Under the pieces are notes generated by a model. That model did no database searches. It was given only the letters and a program-made list of their open reading frames with translations, and had not been told where the DNA came from. A DNA stretch of 64,000 nt, from NCBI GenBank assembly GCA_963758295.1, contig CAVWUU010000001.1, forward strand, positions 160,001 to 224,000, in the 5' to 3' direction. Each line of letters starts with the position of its first letter. Position 1 is the stretch's first letter. A program made the translations under genes and the position numbers. The DNA comes from Candidatus Eremiobacteria bacterium (GTDB lineage Bacteria; Vulcanimicrobiota; Vulcanimicrobiia; Vulcanimicrobiales; Vulcanimicrobiaceae). This document shows, one piece after another, positions 1 through 9,748 of this stretch.

Positions 1-959
1 CATTGAACCGTAACCGATCCCATCATGCCCTCGGCGCCATCATGGAAGAGGCAGTCGTATGCATACGTTCCGGCTTTCGTGAACGTCAAGCTGAAGCTCC
101 GCCCGGGCATCATCGGTCCGGAGTTCACCATCGTCGAACCGTCGTAACTGGTCGGTCCCGACGGCGGAGAGAACGGACTCATCGGCGGCAACTGTTGTCC
201 AGCGACGGGGAACGTCACGGTGTGCGGGAGATTGCTGTCCAAGTTCGTCCAGGTAACCGTCGTTCCGACCGCCACTTTCACGTCGGTGTCGTCGAGGGAG
301 GGTCCGGTGAGGAAACGCACGACGCTGGATGGTCCAAGCGGCGGTAAGCCGAGGCCGCTCGAGATGCCGGCCGCAATATGCGGCCCACCGGCGGTGTACG
401 GGAAGAGCCCTACGGCGCTAGTCGCGTTCGCAAGGTCCGCTTGCAGATTGGACTGTCCGGTAGCATCCAGCTGCGCTTGGGACTGCGGATAAGCAGTTCC
501 GGCAGGCTGAACGACAACCGTTCCCACCATTTCACCGTGGATGAGGCAGTAATACGTGTACGTCCCCGCCTTGGTGAACGTCAGGGTGTAGGTCTTGCCG
601 CCGGCGGCGAAGCCGGAGTTCGTATAAACCGTGCCGTCGTAACTGCTGCCGCCCGCGGGCTGCTGGTTCGACGGGTCGGACGGCGGCGGCGGTGACGCTT
701 GCGGGCCGAGAAAAGTGACCGTGTGCGGTTCGGCAGCCGGAAATTTCCACGTGACGGAATCGCCCGCGTCGATCGTGATGGACTTTGGATAGTATTCGAG
801 CCCCTGGAGCGCTTCGGTTTGGGTCGATCCGCCGGCTTGCACGTACCACATTTGCGCGGCGGGTTTGGAGCTGGGGGTAGGCGTTGGCGATACGGTACCG
901 CCGCCGCAGCCCGAAAGGGCCAGGCCGGCGACGGACGCGAGAATTAGCAGACGTTTCAT
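1..959 (-). CDS. Lipoprotein with two tandem cupredoxin (type-1 copper) domains; stop codon cut by window edge
   Basis: Hand translation from ATG at 959 (absent from ORF track): MKRLLILASVAGLALSG-C lipobox. Two repeats of PHTVTF...LTFTKAGTY with ligand loops CLIHGEM and CLFHDGAEGM. Frame is open to the edge, ending VTVQ then TG (likely TGA). Confidence 0.85.
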   Translation of the reverse strand, partial: MKRLLILASVAGLALSGCGGGTVSPTPTPSSKPAAQMWYVQAGGSTQTEALQGLEYYPKSITIDAGDSVTWKFPAAEPHTVTFLGPQASPPPPSDPSNQQPAGGSSYDGTVYTNSGFAAGGKTYTLTFTKAGTYTYYCLIHGEMVGTVVVQPAGTAYPQSQAQLDATGQSNLQADLANATSAVGLFPYTAGGPHIAAGISSGLGLPPLGPSSVVRFLTGPSLDDTDVKVAVGTTVTWTNLDSNLPHTVTFPVAGQQLPPMSPFSPPSGPTSYDGSTMVNSGPMMPGRSFSLTFTKAGTYAYDCLFHDGAEGMMGSVTVQ

Positions 960-995
960 GAGCTCATCGTGGCTCGTGAAGCGTCTAATTTGCGT

Positions 996-1361
996 CTAGA
1001 GCGAGACGGCCAGCTCGATCATTTCGAAGGGGAGCAAATCGGCGTTTTCGCGCACGAGCGAGCGCAAGCGCCGGCGTGGCAGCTCGGCGGCGATAGAAAC
1101 GCCCAGGTTGTCGGCCGCGTCGAGCGCATCGGCAAGCGCGGCCACGAGCAATCCCCAAGTGCCGCCGGTGAGGGCAGCGCAGTACGCGGCGCACAGCGTG
1201 CCGATGGCGCGCTCGGCGGCCTGCGGTGCCATTGCCGTATGTTGGAAGAGCGTGCGAACGTCAGCGATGAATCGTTGCAACGCCGCCAAGCGATCTGCAT
1301 CGAGGCCCGCACTTCGCGCGGTGATCTCGCCCCACACCGATGAATTCTTCTCCATACACAA
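996..1361 (-). CDS. Hypothetical alpha-helical protein
   Basis: 121-aa Ala/Leu-rich ORF filling the gap between two minus-strand genes. Start may be the ATG of MEKNSS. Confidence 0.55.
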   Translation of the reverse strand: MCMEKNSSVWGEITARSAGLDADRLAALQRFIADVRTLFQHTAMAPQAAERAIGTLCAAYCAALTGGTWGLLVAALADALDAADNLGVSIAAELPRRRLRSLVRENADLLPFEMIELAVSL

Positions 1362-1377
1362 GTTCTACCAAGCGATA

Positions 1378-1408
1378 CCTGACAGGTAGTGTCAGGATTG
1401 GCAATCCT
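1378..1408. promoter_or_regulatory. Two overlapping inverted repeats, candidate operators
   Basis: CCTGACA-ggtag-TGTCAGG (1378-1396) and AGGATTG-g-CAATCCT (1394-1408), upstream of the 996..1361 gene. Confidence 0.4.
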
Positions 1409-1410
1409 CC

Positions 1411-1449
1411 AAAAAGAAAAGCAGCGCCGCTCGTTTGGAGCGACGCTGC
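1411..1449 (-). terminator. Intrinsic terminator after aminotransferase
   Basis: Stem gcagcgccgctc/gagcgacgctgc followed on the minus strand by TTTTCTTTTT. Confidence 0.75.
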
Positions 1450-1473
1450 CGTTCAAACTGTGACTTCTTGAGA

Positions 1474-2670
1474 CTAGCCCTTGAACTTCGGCAGCGCTTT
1501 CCCGATTTGTTCCAGTGCGTAATCGATGTCCGCCAGCGATGCCGCGTACGAGAAGCGCAGATACCCTTTACCGGCCGGGCCGAAGGACGAGCCGCCGCCG
1601 CACGCGACACCGGCCTCTTCCAGCAGGAAGCTCGCGAGGGCCTTATCGTCGTGCGTGATCTCCATCACGTTGGGGAACGCGTAGAACGCACCCTCCGGAA
1701 GCGTACATTTCATACCGGGGATGTTGTTCAAACCGGCAACGAGGCGGTCGCGGCGCTGGCGAAAGATTTCGTTCATCTCGCGCACGGGTTTATCGTCACC
1801 CGTGAGCGCGGCGATGCCTGCTTTCTGGACGAACGTGGCAACGCAGCTAAACGTGTTGTTGTTGAAGAGCGTCACGATCTTGTTCAGCTCTTCGGGCATG
1901 ATCGCGTAGCCGAGGCGCCAGCCCGTCATCGCATACGCCTTCGAGAAGCCGTCGACAATGATCGTGCGGTCTTGCATTCCGGGCAGCGACGCAATCGAAA
2001 CGAACTCGGTGTCCAGGTAGAAGTTGCGGCTGTAGATTTCGTCTGCGATTACGAGGAAGTCGTGCTTTTGCGCGAGTTCCGCGATGCGCTCGAGATCTGA
2101 GCGAAGGAGCACGCCGCCTGTGGGATTGTGCGGCGAGTTGATGACGACCGCTTTGGTACGATCCGATACGCGGCCGGCCAATTCGTCGAGATCCATGCGC
2201 CAGTTGCGCTCTTCACGCAACGGGATGCGGATCACGTTCGCCTGCAAGTAGCTCGAGGCCGAACCGTAGGCGGGATACGCGGGATCGAAGTAGATGAAGT
2301 CGTCGCCCGGATTGAGGAGCGCGCTCAAGATGTTCCAGATCACCGGCTTCGCGCCCGGCGCGACGGTGACGTTGGCAGCCGTGTACGGCTTACGCATCTT
2401 GCGGAACGACGTAGCGTAATCAGCGATTACCTCGCGCAGCTCGATGATGCCGGCCGATGGCGTGTAATGCGTGTCGTGGCCCATGAGCGAGTCGATTGCC
2501 GCTCTCTTGATATGCTCGGGCGTATCGAAATCGGGTTCGCCGATCTCCATATGCACGACGCGACGTCCCGTCGCCTCGATTTCGCGTGCACGCGCAAGGA
2601 CTTGAAATGCGTTCTCTGCACCTAATCGCGACACGGCGTCGGCGATGCGATTGTCGTGGACTGCGAGCAT
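1474..2670 (-). CDS. PLP-dependent aminotransferase class I/II (aspartate aminotransferase-like)
   Basis: IGEPDF, NSPHNPTG, DEIY and GFSKAYAMTGWRLG (PLP lysine) motifs. Confidence 0.93.
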   Translation of the reverse strand: MLAVHDNRIADAVSRLGAENAFQVLARAREIEATGRRVVHMEIGEPDFDTPEHIKRAAIDSLMGHDTHYTPSAGIIELREVIADYATSFRKMRKPYTAANVTVAPGAKPVIWNILSALLNPGDDFIYFDPAYPAYGSASSYLQANVIRIPLREERNWRMDLDELAGRVSDRTKAVVINSPHNPTGGVLLRSDLERIAELAQKHDFLVIADEIYSRNFYLDTEFVSIASLPGMQDRTIIVDGFSKAYAMTGWRLGYAIMPEELNKIVTLFNNNTFSCVATFVQKAGIAALTGDDKPVREMNEIFRQRRDRLVAGLNNIPGMKCTLPEGAFYAFPNVMEITHDDKALASFLLEEAGVACGGGSSFGPAGKGYLRFSYAASLADIDYALEQIGKALPKFKG

Positions 2671-2759
2671 CTAGGGCTTCCTCTTCTTTATCGTTTACTT
2701 GATGACTTAACGGAGTTTGCTTATCAAGGGGGCGCCTCATCAGCGGCGAACTCGGCGGC

Positions 2760-5700
2760 ATGCGTACCCTGTCGGAAGTTTTCGCACCAGGATCACCGAC
2801 GCTGCCGGAGGGCCTCCGAACGCTCGTCGTTTCGCCCGACCGAGAGTTGGAACCTGGAATGACGGTGCGCGCATCATTCACGTTTCGCAATCAAGGCGGC
2901 GCTCCGGCATCCGGCGTGCGCGTGCGTTTCAACATACCCGATGGGCTCGTCTACCTCGTTGGGACGGGCCAGCTTGACGGCGCCGATCTCGACGACGAAC
3001 AGGGTAATTCGCCGTTGCTGGCTCGCGGCGGCGCGCAGATCGGCGACGTGGCGCCCGGCGAAGAACGTCGCATCGAAATCTCCTACAGCGTAGCGGGAGC
3101 AATCGAGAACGGCACAACGATCGAGCTGCAGGCGGCAGTCGCCTCGTTCGAACTTCCACCCGTCGGTTCGAATATCGTCCGCTTGATCGCCCGGAGCCGC
3201 CCGCAGTTGCAAAATGCCATCACTGGAATTGCGATTGAGGGCCGTCAGAACGCGGCGCCCGGCGCGGAAGCGCAGATCACTTTGCGTTTGCATAACGCCG
3301 GCGAATCGAGCGCCCACGACGTGGTCGTGGTGGCACCGATTCCCGAACACACGCGGTACGTTCTAAACTCGGCGCGTGTAAACGGCCGTGAGATCGAACG
3401 CGATCTCGGCGTCCCGTTCGACCGCGTATATGCACCGGTCGTCGCGCAAACGCTTGCGGCCAGCGCAAGCGCAACGTTGGTCTATCGGGTGCGGATCGAC
3501 AACCCGCTGCGAAACGGCACGCCGATCGTGGCACATGCGCAGATCGCTTCGCAAGAAACGCCCGCTTTCGCGCTCGAGGCCGCGTCGCTGAACGTCGAAT
3601 CAGCGCCCGACTTGAGCGACGAGCGCACGACCTTCACCATCGAGCCGTCGCACGACGTGCGTCCCGGAAGCCGCGTGTCGATGGTGTTTTCCGCGTATAA
3701 CGCCGGCTCGGCCGCCGCGGAAAACGTCACGGTGACCCTTGAGCTGCCCGATGCCCTAACGCCGGTGCGCGGTTCGGTGCAAGTCGATGGACGCCCGGTT
3801 CGCGAACGCAAAAAAGACCAGCTTTCCCTTGATTTGGGCCGTCTCGACGCAGACGAACGCGTTGAGCTGCGTTGCGAAGCGACGGTCGTTTCTCCGCTGG
3901 CCGATGCATCAGCATTGCCCGTATCGGCATTGCTTGTGTGGCAGCCGTCGGAAAATGACTCGCAGCGGCGCTTCGACCGCAGCATCGCTGTGCGCTCGGA
4001 ACCGGCGCTGCCCGTTCGCCGAAATACCATTTCACGCGCGCACGGCGAGATCGTGAAGCCGGGCGAAGAAGTGGAAGCGGCAATCGTCCTTTCGAACGAC
4101 GGCAGTGCCGCTGCTACGGACGTCGTCTTACACTTGCGTCCCGATCCCGGGCTCGAAGACGTGCGGCTTTTCGAGAAGAACGCTCGCATCACGCTCGATG
4201 CGGACGCCGCAGAAATCGGCTCGCTCGAGCCGTACTCGCAGCGGCGTTTCACGATGCGCGCCCGCGTGCGCGTTCCGTATGCCGATCGCAGCGAACTGCG
4301 GACCGGAGCGAGCGTGCACAGCCGCGAGCTGGGCGAGACGCCGCTGGGCGAAACGACATGGCGTGTGGATTCGCATCCGGCGTTTTCGACGCAGAGTTCG
4401 CACGTGCAGCTCGAAAGCGAAGAAGTGCTGCGACCGAATCAACTCGCCGACGTTGCCGTTCGCGTGGTGAATGCCGGCAGCGACGTCGCACACAACGTAC
4501 GCGTCCGTTTGTACGTATCCCCCGAAGCGCGCTTGGAAACGGTCGACGGTGCCACGCGAGAAAAATCGAAGCTCGTGTTCGGTGAGATCGCGCCCGGCGC
4601 GCGCGCCGAAGCGCGTCTGGGAGTGCGCCTTTTGCGCAGTCTTGCAAAAGAGTACCCGGTAACGATCGATGCCGTTCTAACGGCCGACGCGATGCTTCCG
4701 GTTCCGCTCGAACGTCTCACGATCGTGACGACTGCCGAGCCGGACTTCTCCGTTGGTACGTTGCGGAGCGAACCGGTCGAGGTCGCCGACGCCGGTGAAA
4801 CGATCGAGTGGACGTTGCACGTGCGCAACGGGGGCGACGGACCGGCGCGCCGCGTGCAGATCGCCGTTGCGCAGCCGGAATCGCTCATTTACGTGCCCAA
4901 CTCTACGACCGTTAACGACGTCCCCATTCGCGACACCGGCGCGTTGACGCCGCTCGCGAGCGACCGCGGAATCGTTTTGAACGACGTCGATCCCAGCGTT
5001 GAGGCGACCATTCGGTGGCGCGACGTGATTCACAACGGCCTTGGTGCCGGCGAAGCGATCTCCCGCACCGCGCGCGTCTCGTACGACGGCGATCGCGAAG
5101 ACGCACTCGTTTCAAATGAATTAAAAGTTCGCGCGACGCCCGTTTTCGCCAACGCGATTCCGGGTTTACCGTTCGGGCTCGACGGCATGATCGGCCCGTC
5201 GCTTGGCGGACAACGCGCATTGACCGAAGACCGGTTTTTGGAATTGCCGCCCGCGACGCCGGTGAACGGCGAAGGTGCAGTCCATCGCGAGTGGTTGCAG
5301 CAGCAAGATTTGCCGGTGCTCGAATCGGCGAGTAATGGCCGGCACGATACCGTTTCGCTTCACGACGAAGCGATTGTTGAAGGCGCGCTCGTCCACGAAG
5401 GAGCGGGCGTTGCGATTTCCTTCACGAGCGAGCGGCTCACGCGCACGTTGCGGTACTTGGAGGAAGCGCGCTTTAACGGGTTGATCACGCATCTCTTTGC
5501 GATCCGGGCATTCTTTCCGGAGACGCTCGGCGACACGCATGCGGGGTCGGTTACCGCGATCCGCGAAATGCTGCGCGACGAGTTCGACCGGCTCTTCATT
5601 AAACTGCGCTTGCCGAACTACGTCATCGCCGCTCGCGATATTGAAACGCCGTCGCTGCGAGCGACCGTGGAACGCTTCGTTCACGACGCTTCAACGGCGC

Positions 5701-6017
5701 GCGGGATCCCTGCGGATGTTCCGGGCGCCGCGGTGATCTTGCGCGGCACACTCGATGCCGGCGGGTTTGGCGAAATAGCCGATACGCTTTCCGAGGCGGA
5801 GCTAGCGTCGGCGCTGCCGTGGACGCTGCTCGCCCGTGCCTTGCCCGATGCGACGCCGCAGCTGGCGCATTATCGGAAGATGCTCGTCGATCGATTGGAC
5901 GGCCTCGTGGATGCGGAGTCCGCTGAGTTCGTGGATTCGCTGCAGCGCCGGCGCGATACCGCGCTCGACGCGGCGTTGGACGTCCTTCGCACGTCGCTCT
6001 ATGCAAACGCCAGGTAA
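2760..6017 (+). CDS. Large protein with six DUF11-like Ig repeats and a helical C-terminal domain (paralog A)
   Basis: Six ~110-135-aa units with the pattern [PA]G..V....V.N.G...A..V.V....P, then a linker and a ~200-aa helical domain. No signal peptide. Confidence 0.85.
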   Translation: MRTLSEVFAPGSPTLPEGLRTLVVSPDRELEPGMTVRASFTFRNQGGAPASGVRVRFNIPDGLVYLVGTGQLDGADLDDEQGNSPLLARGGAQIGDVAPGEERRIEISYSVAGAIENGTTIELQAAVASFELPPVGSNIVRLIARSRPQLQNAITGIAIEGRQNAAPGAEAQITLRLHNAGESSAHDVVVVAPIPEHTRYVLNSARVNGREIERDLGVPFDRVYAPVVAQTLAASASATLVYRVRIDNPLRNGTPIVAHAQIASQETPAFALEAASLNVESAPDLSDERTTFTIEPSHDVRPGSRVSMVFSAYNAGSAAAENVTVTLELPDALTPVRGSVQVDGRPVRERKKDQLSLDLGRLDADERVELRCEATVVSPLADASALPVSALLVWQPSENDSQRRFDRSIAVRSEPALPVRRNTISRAHGEIVKPGEEVEAAIVLSNDGSAAATDVVLHLRPDPGLEDVRLFEKNARITLDADAAEIGSLEPYSQRRFTMRARVRVPYADRSELRTGASVHSRELGETPLGETTWRVDSHPAFSTQSSHVQLESEEVLRPNQLADVAVRVVNAGSDVAHNVRVRLYVSPEARLETVDGATREKSKLVFGEIAPGARAEARLGVRLLRSLAKEYPVTIDAVLTADAMLPVPLERLTIVTTAEPDFSVGTLRSEPVEVADAGETIEWTLHVRNGGDGPARRVQIAVAQPESLIYVPNSTTVNDVPIRDTGALTPLASDRGIVLNDVDPSVEATIRWRDVIHNGLGAGEAISRTARVSYDGDREDALVSNELKVRATPVFANAIPGLPFGLDGMIGPSLGGQRALTEDRFLELPPATPVNGEGAVHREWLQQQDLPVLESASNGRHDTVSLHDEAIVEGALVHEGAGVAISFTSERLTRTLRYLEEARFNGLITHLFAIRAFFPETLGDTHAGSVTAIREMLRDEFDRLFIKLRLPNYVIAARDIETPSLRATVERFVHDASTARGIPADVPGAAVILRGTLDAGGFGEIADTLSEAELASALPWTLLARALPDATPQLAHYRKMLVDRLDGLVDAESAEFVDSLQRRRDTALDAALDVLRTSLYANAR

Positions 6018-6023
6018 CGCCTC

Positions 6024-6431
6024 TTGAACACAATCGTTATCATCCTGGTCGTGATCTTGCTCGCCGGTATCGCGGTAGGCGCGTATGCGTTCTTAGCGCC
6101 GCGCCGTGCCGAGCGCGACGACGAAGGCGCCAAAGGGACGCGCGAGCCCGCGCAGGCGGCGACCGGCTGGAGCGGTGAGACGGAAAACGAATTTGCGGGC
6201 CTATCGGAAGCCGCGCGTTGCGATCTCGTGTTCGCCGTTGCGACCTTGGAAGACGAACGTTCGCAGCAACTGCTCGTGCACGCGCTCGACGATCCCGCCG
6301 AAGCCGTCGCCCTTGCCGCGGCCCACGCGCTCGTTTCAAGCGGCCGCAGCAGCATCGTTGAATCGTTTCTCGCGCGTTCGCCCGGGCCTCGCGCCGAGCG
6401 CATCAGCGATACACTCGCGCTTCTTGACTGA
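6024..6431 (+). CDS. N-terminally membrane-anchored HEAT/PBS-like repeat protein (partner A)
   Basis: One TM helix then RRAER. HEAT-like segment LLVHALDDPAEAVALAAAHAL. Starts 6 bp after paralog A. Confidence 0.75.
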   Translation: MNTIVIILVVILLAGIAVGAYAFLAPRRAERDDEGAKGTREPAQAATGWSGETENEFAGLSEAARCDLVFAVATLEDERSQQLLVHALDDPAEAVALAAAHALVSSGRSSIVESFLARSPGPRAERISDTLALLD

Positions 6432-6484
6432 TTACAAACAGCGGGTCCCTAGGTTGCGCCTGGTCGGAGAGGGAAAGTAGCGGC

Positions 6485-9400
6485 GTGGCTTCCTCGCTGA
6501 CCGGCATTTTTGCCCCGGGCTCTCCCGCTTTGCCGGAGACCCTTCGGACATTGATTCTGGAACCGGCGCGCAGCGTTGCGCCCGGTGATAACATTCGAGT
6601 CAGCTTTTCGTTTTCGAATCTCGGCGGTGCGCCGGCGACGGGCGTGCGCGTGCGCTTCGCGCAACCGCAAGGCGTCGTCCACGTTGGCGATGCCGACGTC
6701 GTGGACGACACTGCGCTCGCTGAGGGTTCCTTTGCGGATGCGAGCGGTGCGGCCATCGGCGATTTGGAACCCAACGCGCAGCGCCGCCTCACGTGTACGT
6801 TCCGCGTCAACGATACGATCGAAGACGCCACGGAGCTGCAGTTTCAAGCCGCGCTCGCAACCGATCAGACGCCGCTTGTCGGCTCGAACGTGGCCCACGT
6901 CGTCGTTCGCAGCCGCCCCGAACTCCAGGGCAGCGGAACGCTCGCAACGATTTCGTCGCCGTCGGTCCCGAAGCCGGGCGATGCCATCACGGTTCGCGCG
7001 ACTATTGTCAACTCGGGCTCGTCGAGCGCGCACGACGTAACTCTCGTCTTGCCGGCGCCGGAAAACACCAGTTACGTATCGCGCAGCGCGCGCATCGACG
7101 GGCGCGTCGTCAAGAGCTCCAGCGGCGAGCCGTTCGATTACGATAGCGCGACAATCATCAGCGAACGCTTGATGCCGGGCCAAGCCGTGCTCGTCGAGTA
7201 TCAAGCGACGATCGATTCACCGCTGGCCGACGGCACGCGGATCAAAGCATCGGGAACCGTCGGCTCGCGTGAACTTTCGGAATTCGCTATTTCATCGGCG
7301 GAGGTCGTCGTCACTTCGCCCGTCGACTTCGAAGGCGAAGAGAGCGGTTTGACGATTCTGTCGGACGACGTCGTAACGCCGGGGATGCGCGTCCCGATGG
7401 TCCTGCGCGCGATGAACACCGGGACCGGCATTGCGCAACGGCTGCAGTTTTCGTTCGATCTTCCCCAAGGATTGATTTACGCTCCAGGATCCGCGCACGT
7501 CGACGGCCAGCCCGTGAGCGACGACTCTATCCCGGGCCTGGTTTTCTCACTCGGCTCGCTCGCGGCGGGACGTATGGTCGAAGCCGGTATCGCGGCGACG
7601 GTCGCGGTTCCCGCAAGCGGCGGCGCGACAGCGCTCCCCGTGCAGGGCACGCTGCGTTGGCGAAACGGTGAGCGGCGTTTCACGCGGCGCCTTTCCGTGC
7701 GTGTTGCACCGCGGTTCAGCCGCGCCCGCAATTTCGTCGAAGCGGATCGCGGCGTCGCGCAAGCGCGCGACGAAGTGAAGTTCACGGTTCACGTTTATAA
7801 CGACGGTACCGCGCCCGAACAAGACGTGCGTTTGCGTTTGATTCCGGGTTTGCACCTCGGCGATTTGCGCATCGGGGAAGACTCCGAGGAATCCCAGGCG
7901 TACGATCAACCGCTCGCGCTCGGCCTTGTGGAACCGCACAACCAGCGAACGTTCACCGTTTACGCGCGCGTCGGCTCCCGTGTGCCGGATCGTTCGAACG
8001 TTGCGCTCGGCGTCATTCTGGAACACGCCGAAGGCGCCGTCGATCTGGGAACGGCTACGGTCGTCGTGCGCTCGCGGCCGGCCATCGAAAGCGTCGTCTG
8101 GGAACTCGCGTCGCACGAACCGCTCCGGCCCAATCGCACTATCGACGTGATCGTTCGCGTCGCGAACGGAGGCACGGACGTTCTGCGCGACGCGCGCCTT
8201 TCGCTGACCCTTCCTCCGGAACTTGCAGTGGAACGCGCCGTCGACGCGCAGCGAGATCGTGAAGGCGTAGCGTTCCAAGACGTTCCCGCCGAATCAACGC
8301 ATGAAGCGCGCATGACGTTACGGCTGCTTCGCGCCGTTGCGAGCACTCGCGTGCTTACGGTCGATGCGTGGCTGCACGGCAAAGGCATCAGCCCCGTTCA
8401 GCTCTCACCGCTCGAAGTGCCGGCATACGCGGAACCGCAATTCGCACAAAGCTCGCAAGTCTTGGCGATTCCAGCCGAACACGTGAACGCCGGTGAGCGG
8501 CTGTTCTATGAAATTCGCTTGCGCAACGACGGCGACGGCCCGGCAGAGCGTTTGGTGATACGCGTCGTGCCGACGAATTTAGCGGTATACGTGCCGGCAT
8601 CGACCACGCTCAACGGCATGCCGGTGAACGACGATTCGGGCGTTTCACAGTTGTGGTCGCAACGCGGACTCGTCCTAGCCGATGTCAATCCGAATGTCGA
8701 ACTGCGCATCCGCTGGGAAACGATCGTAATGTCGCCGCTCGCGGCCGATACGCCGATCGATACGCGAGCCGTCTTCGAGTGGGATCAAGGCAAGACCCTC
8801 GCGCTGACCGCACCCACGGTTCGCGTTCAAGCGCAGCCTTCGCTCAGCGAATCGGCCGAAGGAACGCCCATTTCGATTGCGCGCGTCTTTTCCGCCGAGG
8901 GGCCCGTGTACGAAGCGGCGCCGCTGCCGCCCGAACCCGAACCGGTTCCCGAACCGCCGCAGCCGCCGGTGGAAGCCGCTCCGCCGCGCATGATTGCCGA
9001 GGTTATAGCGGCTGAAACGGTCGAGTTTCCCTCGGTGCTTCCGATGATCGGTGCTCCCGAACCGCCGCAAGCGGCGCAGGCCGTGCCCGTTCTCTACGCC
9101 GATTTCTCGCCGGACCGTCTCGACAACACGATTCGCATGATCGAACGCAGCAATGTCGGCGGACTTGTGCAGCATCTTTTTGCAATGCGCATGCTGCTGT
9201 TCCCCGAACATGCGATCAATGCGTCGCCGCAGCTCAGCGGGTCGTTTGCGAACGCTAACCGGCTCTTACGCGCGCCGCTGGAAAAATTGTTCGTCCGTCT
9301 AGGTACGCCGCGCTTGCAAGTCAGCGGCAAGGACATCGAAGATCGTGAAAGCCGCGACGGGCTGCGCAACCTGATCGACGATCTGTCACTTGCGCCGACG

Positions 9401-9748
9401 GCTTCGCCGCAGCCGCCCCCGCCGGGCGTCATTCGAATCGAAGGCGCGGTCGAACTTGACGTCGTGCAGTCGCTCGCGCTCTCGCTCGAATCGTTACCGC
9501 TCGGTGCCGTGGCGCCTTGGCTCATCAACGCGCAATTGCTCGGCACTTCAATTGTCTACGATCGAACGAAATCCGAAACGCTCGAAGCGTATCGGAGCGA
9601 GCTTTTGAACGTCTTTACGGTGCTGGCGGAATTACCGATCATGGAGTTTCACCGCGTGCTCACGACGAGCGTAAATCGCACGCTCGATGAGTCGCTCGCC
9701 GCGGTGCTCGAAGCACTGCGCGGCGCCGCGCACATTGCTGTCGAGTAA
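6485..9748 (+). CDS. Large protein with six DUF11-like Ig repeats, Pro-rich linker and helical C-terminal domain (paralog B)
   Basis: Colinear with 2760..6017: FAPGSPALPETLRTL vs FAPGSPTLPEGLRTL, and GGLVQHLFAMR vs NGLITHLFAIR. No signal peptide. Confidence 0.85.
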   Translation: MASSLTGIFAPGSPALPETLRTLILEPARSVAPGDNIRVSFSFSNLGGAPATGVRVRFAQPQGVVHVGDADVVDDTALAEGSFADASGAAIGDLEPNAQRRLTCTFRVNDTIEDATELQFQAALATDQTPLVGSNVAHVVVRSRPELQGSGTLATISSPSVPKPGDAITVRATIVNSGSSSAHDVTLVLPAPENTSYVSRSARIDGRVVKSSSGEPFDYDSATIISERLMPGQAVLVEYQATIDSPLADGTRIKASGTVGSRELSEFAISSAEVVVTSPVDFEGEESGLTILSDDVVTPGMRVPMVLRAMNTGTGIAQRLQFSFDLPQGLIYAPGSAHVDGQPVSDDSIPGLVFSLGSLAAGRMVEAGIAATVAVPASGGATALPVQGTLRWRNGERRFTRRLSVRVAPRFSRARNFVEADRGVAQARDEVKFTVHVYNDGTAPEQDVRLRLIPGLHLGDLRIGEDSEESQAYDQPLALGLVEPHNQRTFTVYARVGSRVPDRSNVALGVILEHAEGAVDLGTATVVVRSRPAIESVVWELASHEPLRPNRTIDVIVRVANGGTDVLRDARLSLTLPPELAVERAVDAQRDREGVAFQDVPAESTHEARMTLRLLRAVASTRVLTVDAWLHGKGISPVQLSPLEVPAYAEPQFAQSSQVLAIPAEHVNAGERLFYEIRLRNDGDGPAERLVIRVVPTNLAVYVPASTTLNGMPVNDDSGVSQLWSQRGLVLADVNPNVELRIRWETIVMSPLAADTPIDTRAVFEWDQGKTLALTAPTVRVQAQPSLSESAEGTPISIARVFSAEGPVYEAAPLPPEPEPVPEPPQPPVEAAPPRMIAEVIAAETVEFPSVLPMIGAPEPPQAAQAVPVLYADFSPDRLDNTIRMIERSNVGGLVQHLFAMRMLLFPEHAINASPQLSGSFANANRLLRAPLEKLFVRLGTPRLQVSGKDIEDRESRDGLRNLIDDLSLAPTASPQPPPPGVIRIEGAVELDVVQSLALSLESLPLGAVAPWLINAQLLGTSIVYDRTKSETLEAYRSELLNVFTVLAELPIMEFHRVLTTSVNRTLDESLAAVLEALRGAAHIAVE

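Noticed and set aside
3..947. Plus-strand ORFs and the 532..849 ORF from the track
   Set aside because: All are explained as shadows of the minus-strand cupredoxin gene.
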